This document shows positions 62,489 to 64,000 of a stretch of DNA of 64,000 nucleotides, piece after piece. The position numbers and the translations under genes were made by a program. The notes beneath the pieces were generated by a model. The model saw nothing but the letters and a program-made list of their open reading frames with translations. It searched no databases and was not told where the DNA came from. Position 1 is the first letter of the stretch, and the number at the start of each line of letters is the position of its first letter. The stretch is from positions 2,193 to 66,192 of the forward strand of contig JACQKW010000014.1 in NCBI GenBank assembly GCA_016204385.1, written 5' to 3'. This DNA is from Candidatus Liptonbacteria bacterium (lineage in GTDB: Bacteria; Patescibacteriota; Minisyncoccia; UBA6257; 2-01-FULL-56-20).

Positions 62489-64000
62489 TTAGACGACTTC
62501 TGCCTGATAGCACGGTTCGCAATACACAATCTCCGGACGCTCGGGGGCGTACGTCGTCTTGATTGGTTTCTCGCATTTCGCGCATGCACGGTCAAAAATT
62601 TTCATCGGCCCGCGGCGGCGAATCCGGTCTCGCTGGCGGCAGAAAAAACATTGGCGCGGAATAGGGACGATCATTCGGCGGTAAAATTGCAGCTCTGCCG
62701 GAATAACATTGTAGTTTCTACCGCATGAAACACACGCCAAGATCTCGTTCGTGATAGAATCTGGCACATCCTTGATGTGGTCGGGGATCTCCGCGGGCTT
62801 CATAGTCCCCCTGCCCGTGGTCATCTGAATGTCCTCTTCCCACCGAAGCCCCCGCCGCAGAGCTTCTTCCTTAGTAAACGGGAGGTTGTCTTGTCCTACG
62901 GTTTCGTTATACGCAAATGGCGCGAGCGAAGGAGGCATGAAAAGTCCGTATTCTTTCATATGCTCCAACTCATTAACAATATGCCGACGAAGCCGGTGAT
63001 ATTCTTTTTCGTCATACCGCTTGTTTAAGATGCAATATTTTGCATTCCGCACGCTATCACAACCGATACAATCGCTGTTTGTGCCACGCCGCACCATAAA
63101 GGAATACATCACATTCTGCGAATTCTCGACTGCATACGAAGCCATCACGCGGCTTGAGTAACCTGTTCCCACATTCTCCAAAAGAAGCTCTGAATCATAG
63201 CCGAAACCGATCAGATCGTAGCAATCCTTCGCGAATTTAACCGAAAAAAGATATTTGGAATCCTCGCATTGTTGCGCTTCAAAACAATGATGCAAATTCT
63301 TTGTTTCCACCAAATAATCGCCGGTTGAGCGGATGGTCTTGAGGTTGTTATTCTCTCGCCGCGGGAACTTGAGCGAGAATTCTTCAAATTGTTTTCGCGC
63401 TTCCTCCATCTTGGAAAAGCTGCCGCGAATCTCTCCCACGCGTTTCTCGTAGTCCTTCTTGGAAAGCGGCTCATTAAAAAAATGATGGCTTTTGTTCCGC
63501 AGATTCACGCATGCAAAACAATTCTGACACCCGCTTGCATTCAAGAGAAATATGGAGTCCACACTACCGTTCACATTATGCCCAAAGCACACTCCGTTCG
63601 ACTGATTTACATTCACCGTCTCATAGCAACGTTCGAGATTCAGCCCAAAATAGCCATCGAGCGAATCACGCGAGAAACTCACTCCGCGCGAGTACAGCAC
63701 ATTCTCATTACCGCCGCCGTTAAAAATCAGGTAGCAATCCTTGTTGCCGCCGGCGACATTGGTGTATTCACTGTTCACATTTGACCCAAGCTTGCCGGAA
63801 GCGGAAATAAAGGTGGTCATTTTCGGCACCCACCTGAACAGCTCACCGAGCTGTTCGAAAAAGGGCTTGCCCTCGTCGTACTCGATCGTGTACGAGAACG
63901 GATCCCACGCATCTGATTCATAGCACCGCTCACAATAGATTGTGTAGGGCAACTTGGGATTGTACATCGAAATCACGGATTTCTTGCAGAGATCACACTT
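62489..64000 (-). CDS. Multi-zinc-ribbon Cys-repeat protein, paralog P6 (N-terminus runs off the window end)
   Basis: The reading frame is open to position 64000. The last in-window codons read KCDLCKKSVISMYNPKLPYTIYCERCY, which is the second zinc ribbon of the family. C-terminus PEIVYCEPCYQAEVV. Confidence 0.85.
   Translation of the reverse strand, partial: KCDLCKKSVISMYNPKLPYTIYCERCYESDAWDPFSYTIEYDEGKPFFEQLGELFRWVPKMTTFISASGKLGSNVNSEYTNVAGGNKDCYLIFNGGGNENVLYSRGVSFSRDSLDGYFGLNLERCYETVNVNQSNGVCFGHNVNGSVDSIFLLNASGCQNCFACVNLRNKSHHFFNEPLSKKDYEKRVGEIRGSFSKMEEARKQFEEFSLKFPRRENNNLKTIRSTGDYLVETKNLHHCFEAQQCEDSKYLFSVKFAKDCYDLIGFGYDSELLLENVGTGYSSRVMASYAVENSQNVMYSFMVRRGTNSDCIGCDSVRNAKYCILNKRYDEKEYHRLRRHIVNELEHMKEYGLFMPPSLAPFAYNETVGQDNLPFTKEEALRRGLRWEEDIQMTTGRGTMKPAEIPDHIKDVPDSITNEILACVSCGRNYNVIPAELQFYRRMIVPIPRQCFFCRQRDRIRRRGPMKIFDRACAKCEKPIKTTYAPERPEIVYCEPCYQAEVV

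Noticed and set aside
1-64000. Alternative genetic code (UGA recoding, as in some CPR lineages).
   Set aside because: TGA terminates several genes exactly at conserved C-termini, for example P3 ...CYNSEVV-TGA and P5 ...CYQAEVI-TGA. ATGA stop/start overlaps are also common. The standard code fits.
1-64000. CRISPR arrays, rRNA genes, transposases, integrases, reverse transcriptases or prophage blocks.
   Set aside because: None was seen. The only regular short repeat is the 7-mer x4 in trmD, and no ORF carries DDE, tyrosine-recombinase or RT motifs that I could recognise.

Overview
This is a gene-dense 64-kb chromosomal segment, mostly minus-strand. By gene content it looks like a small-genome Candidate Phyla Radiation / Patescibacteria (Parcubacteria-like) bacterium using the standard genetic code. 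That placement is inference only; no search was possible.

Housekeeping backbone: pgk, rplU, a galT-like gene, PBP2-mreD-mreC-mreB, proS, mraY, a D,D-carboxypeptidase, scpB/scpA, dnaX, trmD, dinB, msrA/msrB, cutA, tRNA-Gln(CUG) and a MacAB-like ABC exporter.

Accessory content: a 7-gene type IV pilus-like operon (PilB, PilC, four pilin-like proteins including two very large ones, and a tail protein), a split ComEC, two paralogous TraG/VirD4-like P-loop ATPases, a HicB/HicA pair with a frameshifted hicA, a stand-alone Cas4/RecB-like nuclease, a redox-repair cluster and several orphan genes.

The stand-out feature is a family of about 560-610 aa cytoplasmic, extremely Cys-rich multi-zinc-ribbon proteins that I cannot assign to any characterised family. 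It occurs six times, as two same-strand arrays at the two ends of the window: 1..6001 and 58717..64000, with both outermost copies cut by the window edges. Two decayed gene fossils and short nucleotide-identical tracts between otherwise diverged copies accompany the arrays. Each array lies within about 1.2 kb of one of the TraG-like ATPases.

Other items worth a second look:
- a structured ~170-nt leader with a duplicated dinB 5' end
- an in-frame double-palindrome insertion in trmD
- an orphan promoter / structured RNA / terminator unit near 37.6 kb
- structured leaders upstream of proS and cutA

No CRISPR array, rRNA, transposase or integrase was seen.
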